DNA of 64,000 nt, from assembly GCA_047495785.1 (NCBI GenBank), contig JBLDXI010000013.1:2480001-2544000 (forward strand), read 5' to 3'. Origin of the DNA: Lepidodermella squamata (Eukaryota; Animalia; Gastrotricha). This document shows, piece after piece, positions 14,001 to 25,412 of this stretch. Position numbers and translations under genes: made by a program. The notes under the pieces are model-generated. The model ran no database searches. It was not told the DNA's origin and worked only from the letters and a program-made list of their open reading frames with translations. Position 1 is the first letter of the stretch, and every line of letters begins with the position of its first letter.

Positions 14001-17000
14001 CGCGCGTGCAATTACCGCGCTCGCAGGTGGGATCCGGTGTTGGTATTTCGCTGATTTTTTTTATATCAAGATAATAAAACGCGCGCCCAAGCATGCCAGA
14101 CGTCAGGTCGCGCGTATAATGAAGTGAGCGCGTTATAAAAATTAGCGTCGCTGGGCGTTTAATGATCTACCCAGGTCTAATATCTAATCGCTAGCGCGTG
14201 CTACCGAAAAATCGGCCTTTCGTCACGTCGCGAAACAAATGGAGCAGGTGCCAACGCGATGACAACAACACAACAACAACTTGTTATTGTTTTTGAAAAC
14301 ACTACTTGCCGCGAGCCATTTCTACTGTATGAAACGGGCGAAACGGCAGTAATATTATTGAATTAAAAACGATCGCGAACAGGAATAGCAAAATAATAGT
14401 ATTAAATGATTATTTTTATATTGTGTAAACAAAACACAAATCGACACGCAAAGTTTTGCTGTCGTCAAAATTAAAATTCGATCACGTAAAAATTGAGTGA
14501 CGATGATTATTTTGATTAAATGAGGCAGCGCAGTAAATAATATTTTATGGGCCGGGATGAAAAATGAAAAATTCAATGCGCTTCGTATAAAACGTTGGCA
14601 AATATCCGAGATATTATAGCATCAGCTTCGGAATAATGTAATTGAAGGCGCGACACCGGCGCTTACTTATACTACTCATTTTCAGACAAGCTACCGGTGA
14701 TCGATTTATTTTTCAAACTGCGCGTACACAAACGCAAACGAGACGCTCACATGCTGCTGCTGTTGTTGTTGTATATTTACGTATTAAGGCCGAGCGTCAT
14801 TTCGGCTATCGTCGACAAATAAGAAGAAGAACACAGCAGCAGTATAATATCAATCGCCAGCCTTAATACTGCACGATGTCAAATGTCGCGCGGAAGTGTT
14901 TGTTGTTTTAAGAGAGTCGCGCGCCGCTTTTTAGCTTAGTAAAAAAATCGAACAAAATAGCCGTAAAAATTCCCACGACATGAAATGGGTTGTTGTTATT
15001 GACAGAATTTATCGAACGATAATCACGCAAAATTGCCGGGAAGCCATTTAATTGGTAGAGTAGTATAAGGCGCCGCTAAAAATCGCATCGTTACCAGCGG
15101 AAGTCGCCACTTTTAGCAAACAATAATTACACAAACGCTAAATAGCCGGGTGGCAATTTAACTGCAACTATGCTGCTAAGAGCGGGAGTAGCTTAATAAT
15201 AAATAATAATAAATAAATAATGCCTTAGTTAGTAAATAATACACGCGGCTTGATGAAGTGCTGGTTCCGCTTTCAACTTGGCTCCTCGATTTAGCGGATA
15301 AAGACCGCAGCCACCCTAAAATGATGCGAGAAAATAATAATATTACTATGTTCGCGCTTATCACGCTTATCGCGCGCTTTTGCCGCCAGCAGCAGCAGTA
15401 GCGGCAACAGCCAACCAACTAGTCATCATCATCATTCAGTAAAAAGATCGTGACTGACTGATGATGTTGCGGAGAAAAACAAAGTGCAACTAGTTTTCAC
15501 GAGAGACACAAAGCACGAGCCATCAAGATTGGTGACAAGCGCGACTATATAGTAAGACAGAGCACCAAAAATATGCCACTAGATGTTGTCTTTTATAACA
15601 TATTAAAGGCGCAGATTACCTTTCTTTCATTGAAAGCGCCGGTGTTTGTTTACACGCCATACTAAAAAGACTAGGGCTCTATTTTTGCCACGTTTTTAAT
15701 CATAATATTAAGGTGGTGTGGTTGGCTATTATAGGCGACGCGTGCGCGCCTCAGGCTAATTAGGCAATATATTACGAAAAGTATATCCTTCAATTTACTT
15801 AAAAGAGACTTGAATCAAGATAATAAACAAAAAAATAAACCCGACCCTACTCACTTAGCAACCTCAAAATGGTTAATGGGAAAATATTTATACGGTGACT
15901 AAGCTAGGGTAGAGTGTGAAAAAGGTGCACTACCAGCGGGTGCGTTCCACTGCGATACGCTTTGGTGGCAAGATAACGGAAGTTGATCGAAGGAAGCTAG
16001 CGAAAAAAAGAGAGGATTTAAGATTTATAGTCGCACGACGCGATCGCAGGTGCATATAAATAAGGGATGCACATCTTGGCGTATAGTAATTTGCGCGAAC
16101 GGTATAGAACAAGAAAAAAAGACTACACATGCCCATTTATTTATTGTCTCTTATGCCGAGCCATGTTATCTATCTATCTCCTGTTTCCGCCCGCAACAAC
16201 AACTATATACTTACCTGCTACTACAACTAGTAGCTTGTAGCAGCTATTGTAAGCGGTAAACTGTAAAGATGGATATATTATAGGCTACAAGATTTTTATG
16301 GCTGATAATATAATATAGTAAATATGTTCAAGTAGGGTCGACGAGCATAACAATCGCGGCCGTGAAGTGCCGACACTTGTCGATTACAATAATGCGGGCA
16401 CTTTTTGCGCACAGGTAAATCGCCACTACCTGTCTTTTACTGCGCCTAACAATAAATCAGCAGCGATTACCCCGTCGTCTCCAGACAAGAATATGGCCTT
16501 GAAATAACAATAGCCGGCGTTGGAGTATAGAGAGAGCGAAAAAACCCGGCGCGATGGATACGCCTGTAAAAACAGGCAGCGATTAAATTAGCCGTCGACC
16601 TTGCAAAAACAAATAATTTTTCACGCAGTCAGGTATCTAACCTGAGCGCTGTTGTTTTGCGATGAAATAGAGATAAGTTATTGACGGTTGTGTTGGCAGA
16701 GCGCAAAAACAACGGCGGCGCACCCAACGCGTGCTCGCGATGAGTCAAAATACCGACAACCTGACTCTCGACTCAGCGGTATAGATCGAAAGAACAAATT
16801 ACGTAAATAGTCCTAACAACAAATTTGTAGATACATATTTCTGTGATATAGATTGATGATTGTGCGGTAAGCAAAAAGCGCGATGACAGGCGAGATGTTG
16901 GAATTATTATTTGATAAGAATAGATAGCGCGGCAAAGGGCCATCTGTTTATAGCTGTTACGGATAGAGTCGCAACGCCAAACACGAGGCGCGTGTTTTTA

Positions 17001-20000
17001 CATAGCCGCGGCTCATCCCTGTCTCTCTGGAGTAGTAGGGTGTTCATTACTCGAGTGCCAGTAATTTGTTTGAGCTGTGTAGCCTAATAAGCGAATAATC
17101 AGGCAGCGGCATTCCTGGCCCGGTGCCGGGGCTGCCGACAAAGCCGCGAGCTCGGCGGGTCCGGAGGCTCTATGTGTATGTGTGATGTCATCGAACGATC
17201 ATGAACGTGCGCCGCGTAATGGTTTAAATTGATAGCTCATCTCATCGCGATGCCGACAGACGGAGGCGCACAGGTTCTGCGCGCAACGCCGCCGGCTATA
17301 AATGCTGAATTAATTGACTAGTTACCTAGCTACCAGTGTAGTTGTTGCGCAACAACTACACGGTTCCAATAATTATAACAATCATCATCTCGTTACCTAA
17401 TCAGCGCAGGTAAATGAGCCGCTAAGCTATTATACATGCAGCCGCGGAAAAAATCGTGAAGAAATCCACCTTAAAACTTGCACGCGCGCGAGTTTGTGGT
17501 TCAACGCAAGTTCATACCTTGTCGTTGTAAAAAGTATAATAACGAGGCACGAGCGTCGTTTCAAACTAAAAGAGGCGAGGATAGGAGGATTGGAATAAAT
17601 CTTTGTTCTAGAGGCGCACCGGTCATCAAGCCGGTCACCTTACATGCTTGTAAGATCAAAGGCGCCGAGACAGCACGTTTCACACATATAATATATTTTT
17701 CAATTATTAGCTATAGAGCTAACAGCTACTGCTGTTATCATCATCAGGTCGCGGTGAATGCGGGTATGAGATTTCAAATAAACTCGGGTGTCGTATAACA
17801 GGCTTCATCCGGTGGAGCAGCAAAAGTTCACCTTTGGCCGCATCTTTGTGTATCTATTCGGCAATGCCATAAACAAATTATTGCGCGCGCGCAGAGGTTT
17901 CATTGAATTAACAGCGGGGCCAAATACCTTGAAAGCCAAGCCAAGAGCTCGTGTGATGCTGTCAAAAAGCGCTGTAGCCGACAAAGACTCGCGCGCGCGA
18001 CCCGGCAGAAAGTTTTATTGCAGGCTCGTGTCGTCGCTCGCCGCCGTGTTGATGGTCACGCGATGTCGCTGTTCCAAATTAGCATTGTCACCAGCCGAGA
18101 ATGAGTAGTAGGTATATATCGCTTTGCAAAACTTGGCAGTAAAACATTTATTTAATCGCGCGAGTTTTAATTGAAATGTTTCCACCATAATATTGTGTAA
18201 AAACCAAAGGCTAATATTTGGTCAAACTTGAGAAATGAAAACAATAAAATTTAATTGAACTCTTCATTGAAAAAAAGTAAAATAAAGAGACGTGATGAAA
18301 AATGAAGTCAAATAAAGCGCCAAGTGTTTGTGTTATTATTCACTCAAGATTATTTGTTCTTAAAAAGTTCGAAGCGATTCCGCGGATTAAGCGCGTTGTT
18401 CGGACATATATAAGGTGATAACTCGATGCACTGAGTGTATGTTTTTTTTTTATGGGCGCTGCAATAAATCAATGTAGCAAATGTAAAGAATTGCCGTTAT
18501 TGCTTGAGTTATGTGTGTTGGAAGTTGGGAAATAATTCTATTATTATTTACCAAGCAAGCGTGTTAATGCGATAATATGACTGAACTCGGTGATCTGTGG
18601 GCCGAGAGGGAGGAGCGATCGCCTTCTTGTTACAAGTATCCGGGCAGTTTAAACAGTTGCGTGTTGCGCAAGTTCGGCCACGCGCCTAGCCGCAGGACGT
18701 TGCACGCGACCCGGAATTGCCAGCTCAACGCGAAACAAGCTAATTCGGGCGAAGAAATCAAATCATTACAATTGATTTCTTGGCGCGCGGCGTACGGCCA
18801 GGTAGACGGCGCCGGTCAGGTATAATCTGTCTGCGCAGATTAGACACGCGGATTACTTATTATATAGTGGCCGTCGAGTGTGAACATGATTGATTATTGC
18901 CACTCCTTTTACAACAATAATAATAATAATATAATGCAGTACCTTGGCGGTTCACAGCTGCCAAGACCAACACGTGGCCGAAACTGACCAGAACAGATGT
19001 TTATTCGGGACTGAGAAATTGAAAAATAACATGAACGGCGAACAAAATGACGGCACGATGTACATAATTTTTCGATTCGTTAAACACGAAAAATTGGCCA
19101 TATGACAAATTTGAGACGGATGAGAGACTTAGCTGACTAATTATAGCCTCCCTTATAAGATTTCACAAGGGAAAATCGGCACTGTCTTTTGAAAACTGTG
19201 ACGAATCCCATAAATCCCAAGAATTGCGAGAAATTCATAGTTTCCCTTGCTAAAAATGCCCGATAATTCGAGCAATCGCAAATAATGAGATCTCTTGCAC
19301 CTGCTAGCCGCTGTTGATAAAGCAAAATTATCCGTTAGAAAACAAAGTGGCCATTAGCGGGAAAATGGATAAAAATAATCGTTTATTTACTCGCTTGTTT
19401 ACGCCTTGAAATGCGAAAATGGAGAGCAAAAAATCAACACGACGATCTGTTCTGTTCGGAACATTTTCACTTCGCGCGGACCCAAAAGCTGCTATTTGTC
19501 TTTTGCGGCCATTGATCAGTGACGGCGCATCGCCGGCAGGCGCGTCCGCCGATCTTCGAGGCGCGTCGTCTATTTACGATATATAGCATATCTCGTCATA
19601 TTCAGCATCTTCAAATCAACACTTGGCGTAGCGAGTGTGCTTGATTAACACTTCGTTTTCAGCTGTGCATTTGCCAAAGTAACAAACCACAATCTAATTA
19701 TCAGCCGTCAATTGGCTACTGCGCGGCTAGGCGGCCGCCGTCGTCGCGCGTGTCTCGGCTGCATTTTGGCCTCTATTATATGCGTTTAAGGGGCCGTGTC
19801 GGATGCGATTGCCGAGCCTGGAGATTTTAAGAGTCGATCGTTATTGCTAATAAATTCTGGCGATGAGCCGGCTGTCTCCGCGTAGGGGCATCGTATCACT
19901 CACTGTCGTCGCAGTTTTATGACATATAATATTGTATTTCAAGTGCTCGGACTTGAAAAGGGCGAGTATGGTGGTACTGGCCGACGGTCGTTTGACGATC

Positions 20001-20430
20001 ACGCGCTTCCTCTCCCGCGCCGTGTCAAGCACTGGCTCGCCAGTGTGACCTCCGGTCAGCCGGCAGTGCGGCCAACGCGCATCTCATTTGACTTTCCGAC
20101 GGCGTGGATTAATTACAGCTATCGTAAAAATCGTGACAATAATTTGGCGAGACGGCGCCAGGGCGTCAGTAAGGCGAGACACAGTGTGAAGAGTCAAGGG
20201 CGCTTGTGTTACTTTTAATTTATTGTTGTTTATTATTAAAATTTAGCGCTATATTAAGACGCAGCGGCGCACCGTTCCGTGCAGATTTATGTTTGTAGAA
20301 GGCGATGAAAGACAATGATTGATGCGCGTCGACGCTCGGCCGTGTCTTCAGGGAGATGAGACGGTCGAGCGTCCTTTATCTAGCGTTAATAACTGATAAT
20401 TAGATTGCACTCATTTAGCATACGCATTGA
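11077..20430. promoter_or_regulatory. 9.3 kb non-coding upstream/regulatory domain of robo
   Basis: No credible ORF or spliced CDS. About 7 times longer than the divergent gaps elsewhere in the window (0.7-1.4 kb), and 5' of a neurodevelopmental gene. Confidence 0.55.
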
Positions 20431-20795
20431 CAGCGTTCGATTGACCGCCGACATGTTACTTACTGCGATATGGCAAAACATCCTGCTTCATAACATTGAG
20501 CCTAGAACCTAATGTAATGGTTATCTCGGCATTTGCAAGGAATCTGCCCGGTTTCAACGAGTTAACCCCGCGTGATCAGCAAAAGCTGTTCGCCTTCTCC
20601 TATTTCTCAATCTTGTTGCGGTTTTAGAATATGAGTACGCTCAGCAAGATGAACCTAAATACATCAGTGCCTTCGCTCTGAACGAAGTTCGTCCGCTATA
20701 AATTTTCCAGGCAAGGTTCCAAGCCATAGCCGCTTTGACGCAGGAAAAAATTTCGGAAACCGGTGCTAAATTGAGCCACTGGGGCCTGTCGTCTA
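20431..20795 (+). pseudogene. Dead copy of part of the nuclear receptor ligand-binding domain (donor 50877-51235)
   Basis: Direct alignment within the window: ~19 substitutions, a 7-nt insertion (GAACCTA), a 1-nt deletion and a CAA>TAA stop. Confidence 0.95.
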
Positions 20796-20806
20796 CTTGT
20801 AAGGAA

Positions 20807-21193
20807 TATACGTTGATTGCATCAACGGCTTGAATAAAAGATTTTACTCCTGGGGACATCCATTAGTGTTTTCACTACGAAGTGCATTAGCGTCTCGTGT
20901 TTGTCTAAAGCCAGGTTAAGACTTGAATAACAAACGGCGCTTCAACTCCATTTTGACAGCGTTCCGATCTACATTCCCGCGCTGCAACAAGCTGAAGTTC
21001 TCCTGAGCCCTCCTCGCCAGAAAAGGCAACGCAGCCGACAGCGTGCCATACGCAACAGATTGATACACAAAGTAGCCGTGACTTGCCAACCATTCCGATA
21101 TGTAGTCCGTAAACCCCCAAGTTTGGCCGAACATTGCCACATCGGGGCGTTCGCGATACATCTTTTCACGCATATTCAACGCTTGGCTTATAG
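20807..21193 (-). pseudogene. Copy of the proline dehydrogenase 3' end and 3' UTR (donor 51721-52107)
   Basis: 387 nt colinear, gap-free match with ~10 substitutions, all in the coding part. 5'-truncated and fused to unrelated sequence at 21194. Confidence 0.95.
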
Positions 21194-22620
21194 CCAGGCA
21201 GGCAGAACAATTCATACGGCCGGTTCGGCGATCTTTCGTCGAGATCACGCACTAATGCGATCGTGTCACAGTAGCGCCAGCTTGCAACATAGGTCGACAA
21301 CGTGTTAGCGACTCGCAATTCTGAATCGGCGAGCGAGTAGCCGAACCGATCGGCCGCTTGGTAGACAAAACGCGAGTAACTACCGTGCGCAGTCCTAGAT
21401 CCACAGCCACCCACATTTCCGCAGTCGGATCTGAAAATAAAACAAGAATCCCGTATCAAAAAAGAAATTGAAAGCAATATAGCTACTGAAAGGTGCTTGT
21501 TGAAAAAAATGCTTCTCGTTGTTAATTAGTTCATTATAGAATAATTATTTTGCCTTTTAATTAGTTTCGTCATCATACCTATTACGTATACCCTGTGGCA
21601 AGCTGATGACGAACTTTCGTCATGTTGACACCCGAAGTCAACCAAGTGCCGGATCCTGATTGAAGGCTTGGCACTGTAATAGCGCCAGGCCAAGGCAGGT
21701 CGAACGATGTCTGCGGATTTGTCGGAGCTGTCCAACCGGGCGGTGCGCCGTATTCATCGGCTGATACGAAGCTGAACGCGCAGCTTATCCAGTTGGGAGG
21801 CTGATAGAAGCCGAGTACGTCTCCTGCGATCACATTCAAGCCATTCGTTCCGTTGAATTCCCTGTTTTTGAATAGAATAGATGCCGCTTCTACTTCTCTA
21901 TAATGTATTCACTTATACAAGGTGAGTTTTCGGAACGATTGAGAATACGAGTGAATGCGGAACGGAACAACGCCAGCTCAGGGTATCGTCGGAAATATTC
22001 CGAAAATTCTGCAGGAAGTATGACCGATCCAAGTCTGGATAGTTCGCCCGTCGCTGAGACTGAATAACTCGTAAAATAACTTCCCATTGAATGAGAGTTC
22101 CTGTAAAATTTGACGGAGGGACCGACCCAACCATTCCAGCCGTAGCCGCTGTCACATCTTGTATGTCATGACTTGGCATTTCTGAGGGCAGAGGATTTGG
22201 TTGGCCAACAACGCAGACCTGCCCGGTCGCACCACCAGTAGCATCTAGTGCCGAGAATACACCATCTGTTACAACTGCTCGAGATTTGCCGAGGCGGCGA
22301 ATGCATTGGAGAGAACGACGTTCCTTTTCAAGGCCCAGCTTTTGCTGGGAGAATTGTAAGCTGAAACCTGGCATATCTCCATCGGCACATTTTTCTGGCG
22401 AGTTAAGACGGACCAGGCTTTGAATTCGGAAGAGCTGATAGCCGAATCGGTTGACGATCAGCTGCTTCAGACGGAGACAGTAGGGTGTAAGCGATCAGTG
22501 GATTAGACGCTGCATCGACAACATTGTTTACAGGTTTGTCACCAAGTGTCACATTGATTGCAGGAAATTGCGAATCGAAGCGGTCGACTTGGCATCCAAA
22601 CAGATAGAATCGGAATGCGA
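21194..22620 (-). pseudogene. Intron-containing fragment of a discoidin-end/CCP/beta-domain extracellular gene, distant relative of the gene at 2805-5501
   Basis: Exon pieces with GT-AG junctions (e.g. GYT|SDCGN at 21586/21430). IAFRFYLFGC resembles the end of an F5/8 type C domain. TGTLIQWEV and LNVIAGDVLGFY parallel AGTVTGWSY and VKPGQVIGVAY in the 2805-5501 gene. Frame breaks near 22490 and 21915; no start or stop. Confidence 0.65.
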
Positions 22621-22622
22621 TG

Positions 22623-22883
22623 AGACGAAACGGACGAAAAATCAAAATCTTTAGCTTTAGTCGAAGAGTTGCGACCGATTTTCAAGCATCTGGAATTTTT
22701 CGGTATTTATTTACCCTCAATTTTTTCTCATTCGAACAATCGTGATAGTTCATGGAAGAAAATAATATTGACCTGAGCAAATTAGCATGGTCTTGCGACT
22801 GTTTCATGATCGTCGTCAGAGGTGACTTACTGCCTGATAAAGCGGCTCAAAACTTCACCCATTTTCTGCCAAACGCTTCCGCC
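22623..22883 (+). pseudogene. Copy of the exon 3-intron-exon 4 segment of the FMN-reductase-like gene (donor 34804-35074)
   Basis: Direct alignment (IDLSKLAWSCDCFMIVVRGDLLPDKAAQNFTHFLPN vs IDMSKLAWSCDCFMIIVRGD...). The intron is retained, so the copy is DNA-level. There is a 6-nt CTTTAG duplication and the acceptor is deleted. Confidence 0.93.
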
Positions 22884-22967
22884 CTCTCGCATATCAGGCG
22901 AGCACAGCACGTTGACCATCGACTTGCTTTGCGTCTTATTGTTGCTATCATGATCGTAGTTGAAATA

Positions 22968-24353
22968 CTGTAAACGTATTAATTTTCGCGGTATTTTTGA
23001 ATTCGCGGACGGCCCATTTTCGGTCATTTTTCATTTTCGCGGATTCTTGAATTCGCGGACTCAACTTTGGAAAAATTACCATTTTCGCGCTCAATTATTT
23101 TCGCGGACGTGTAATTTTCGCGGTGATATGAATTCGCGCAATTGCCGCCTCGGTGATTCGCAGAGCCGCAGCGCACGCAAATGAACAGGTGCGCTCGTCG
23201 ACCAAACAATAAAGCCTATTACGCACATTTGCGAGTGCGCGTCCAGGGCGGCGGTTGTCTTGATCGCAGTGTTCCTACCTACCTAAGCGCGATCTTTGAT
23301 GGGCACCCTGTGAATCGGGAGCATGCCGTTAGAATTTTATTGGCCCACCCCATGTCCAATTGGAAGCGGCGCGCAGGTGGCTACAGCGCACGCTGAATTT
23401 GTCTAAAATGTTTTAAAAACTCCCGTGTCACTCGCGCGCAAAATTTGATTGAATAGAAGCTCAAAAATCCGTAAAAAATGCTTCACTTTTTAACTTATGG
23501 TGCAAATTATATGAACAACTCAAGTTTTCGACGGTGAGGAATTCCTAGGAACAAATTAGATATTTGGATTCAGCGTGAAAAGTTGAGCTACACGGCAAAT
23601 ATACGCGCGCCTATGATCAAAATTAGGGAAGAAATAGGGGTATTAAATCATCCGTTGTGCTCGCGCGCGTGTTTGTGTGCGTCTGTTGATGACGCGCGCG
23701 CAAGACCTTCAACAGGCAGAGCGCGGCACATGCGCTGTTTTTAAGCGCGCGCGCTCATACAGTTAAACGTTTCTTCCGCATTTCTTCATCATTTTGAAAG
23801 AAAAAAGTGCAAAAATTGGCGACATTTCAACACAAAATGTCACGCTGAATCAAAATATCTAATTTGTTTATTGAAATTCATCGCCGTCGAAAACTTTATA
23901 TTGCCTGCTCCAGTCAAATTTGCGTTTTTGATAATTATTTCATCACACGGGCGCGCACCGATTCGCCTATGAAAACTGAGACTAAAATCGTGTAATATTA
24001 ATGCTATTCGAATTTTTTTGCTGCTTTCAAATTGTCGGTAATACTTACATGCCGAGTACTGTTAAACGACGTTCGTTATTCAAATTTTGTGTAGAACTGA
24101 TGAAGATGAAAGTAAGTAGGTAAAAAAACAGCGAAGCGATTTCCTAAAAAAACACACTTTCACTTGTGGGTCAATTTGACAAAGTAATTATGGCGCGCCC
24201 TAATTTTCACGAAAACATTTCTTTCACGCGCCTTAATTTCCGCGAAAATAATTTTTCACGCGGACTAATTTTCGCGGTTTTTAAATTCGCGGCCGGAGAA
24301 AATCCGCGAAATCCGCGAAAATTAATACTATGCGAAAAATAATACGTTTACAG
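22968..24353. mobile_element. Non-autonomous Tc1/mariner-type DNA transposon (MITE-like), 1386 bp
   Basis: 22-bp TIRs CTGTAAACGTATTA(A/T)TTTTCGC with 1 mismatch. TA duplication at 22966-67 and 24354-55. Many subterminal TTTTCGCGG/CCGCGAAAA motifs. No transposase ORF. Confidence 0.92.
23522..23896. repeat. Internal 56-bp inverted repeat pair (23522-23577 / 23841-23896) within the MITE
   Basis: 49/56 identity after reverse-complementing (AAGTTTTCGACGG..ACAAATTAGATATTT..ATTCAGCGTG). Confidence 0.85.
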
Positions 24354-25412
24354 TAATTTGGCTTCGAGTAACAGCTAGGCCCAAATAAATGGTCGTAGCT
24401 CTCTTCGGGCCGGCAGCCACAGGTCACCTTGTCCTTTTCCGCTGGATTACGATCGATAGGGTTAAGGTCGTCTATAAAGGATAGAAGGGAAATTTCTTAA
24501 AATTCGAGAATGATTGAAAGGTTACGGTAAATAAACAATTGACGGGTTCCTTTAGCTTGCATCACTTCGACAACCTTTTCCGGCCGAACTGGTTGCCATT
24601 GATTGGGATCTTCTCTTGAAGCTAGTAAATCCGCATGACTGTAGGGACGACTAGATTAAAGAAAAAACTCTTGAAAGTCAGAAATTTTTTTGGATCCTGT
24701 TGTCTATTCTAAAACCCCATTATAGAAGAATAGGATAACATTTCAAAAGCTTTACCCTTTATCTAGAAAGGTGTTCTGGAAAATTCCTTCATCACGCTGC
24801 CAGTCGTGCATCCTGCCGTAAGAAGTTCTGAAAAATGGGTCCGCCTTAACATTATGACGATCTTAGAGCTTCCGGTGTAACGAACCTGCTTTCCTTTCGC
24901 CGGCCATTTGGGTCACGCCGATAGGAATAAACATTTGTTTTATAGTCCATAGCCATTTTGAGCTTGATAATTCGCGAAAATCTAGCCAAAAAGTATCGTC
25001 CAATACACCACACCTTGTAACCTCAGCTCTTTGAGACGCCTCAGCGTTTTTGCACCCTTTCAGTCTGATATGAATGCGATGAAGAAAAATCAATCTTGTA
25101 CGCTATGTTATTTTTGCTCCCAGAAAATCACCGCATTTTTTTTCACAGAGGCAACTGGGCACCAATCAACATAAAAACGATACTATACCGCTCGTAGCAT
25201 AAAAGACGACATGATTTAATGCGCCAATCGAACGGATATACGTTCGCGACTTGCGCTCAAGTCATAATTTGTTCAGGCGATATGGAAACCCAGACAATTG
25301 GACACCGCTATTTTATTCGCAATTTTTTTTACAATAATTATCATTTAAATTCGCTTCACAAAAATCACTAGAAATTCAAACGTGAGAACAGAGTGTCAAT
25401 CGGACTAGATTT

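Larger units (their letters stand above)
22877..24956 (-). pseudogene. Unannotated 4-exon gene (exons 24956-24886, 24827-24756, 24650-24526, 24471-24354 + 22965-~22877) disrupted by a MITE and 3'-truncated
   Basis: Splicing three GT-AG introns (58, 105, 54 nt) and removing the MITE plus one TA gives a continuous ORF: MAMDYKTNVYSYRRDPNGRRKESRTSYGRMHDWQRDEGIFQNTFLDKGRPYSHADLL...QLFIYHDLNPIDRNPAEKDKVTCGCRPEESYDHLFGPSCYSKPNYFNYDHDSNNKTQSKSMVNVLCSPDMREGGS. Confidence 0.8.

Noticed and set aside
16207-16217. ATACTTACCTG, the U1 snRNA 5' end
   Set aside because: No further U1 sequence or Sm site; better explained as a minus-strand splice donor
18101-18120. TGAGTAGTAGGTATATA resembling let-7
   Set aside because: The seed lacks a G (GAGGTAG) and no hairpin partner is visible
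11270-20218. About 30 short ORFs in the robo upstream region, and antisense ORFs over real genes
   Set aside because: No domain motifs or splice-consistent chains; composition typical of non-coding or shadow frames
20916-21248. 110-aa ORF fusing novel sequence to the PRODH C-terminus as a new chimeric gene
   Set aside because: Non-ATG start in an off-frame of the CCP fragment; the CCP frame itself stops 10 codons past the junction; treated as a by-product of the mosaic
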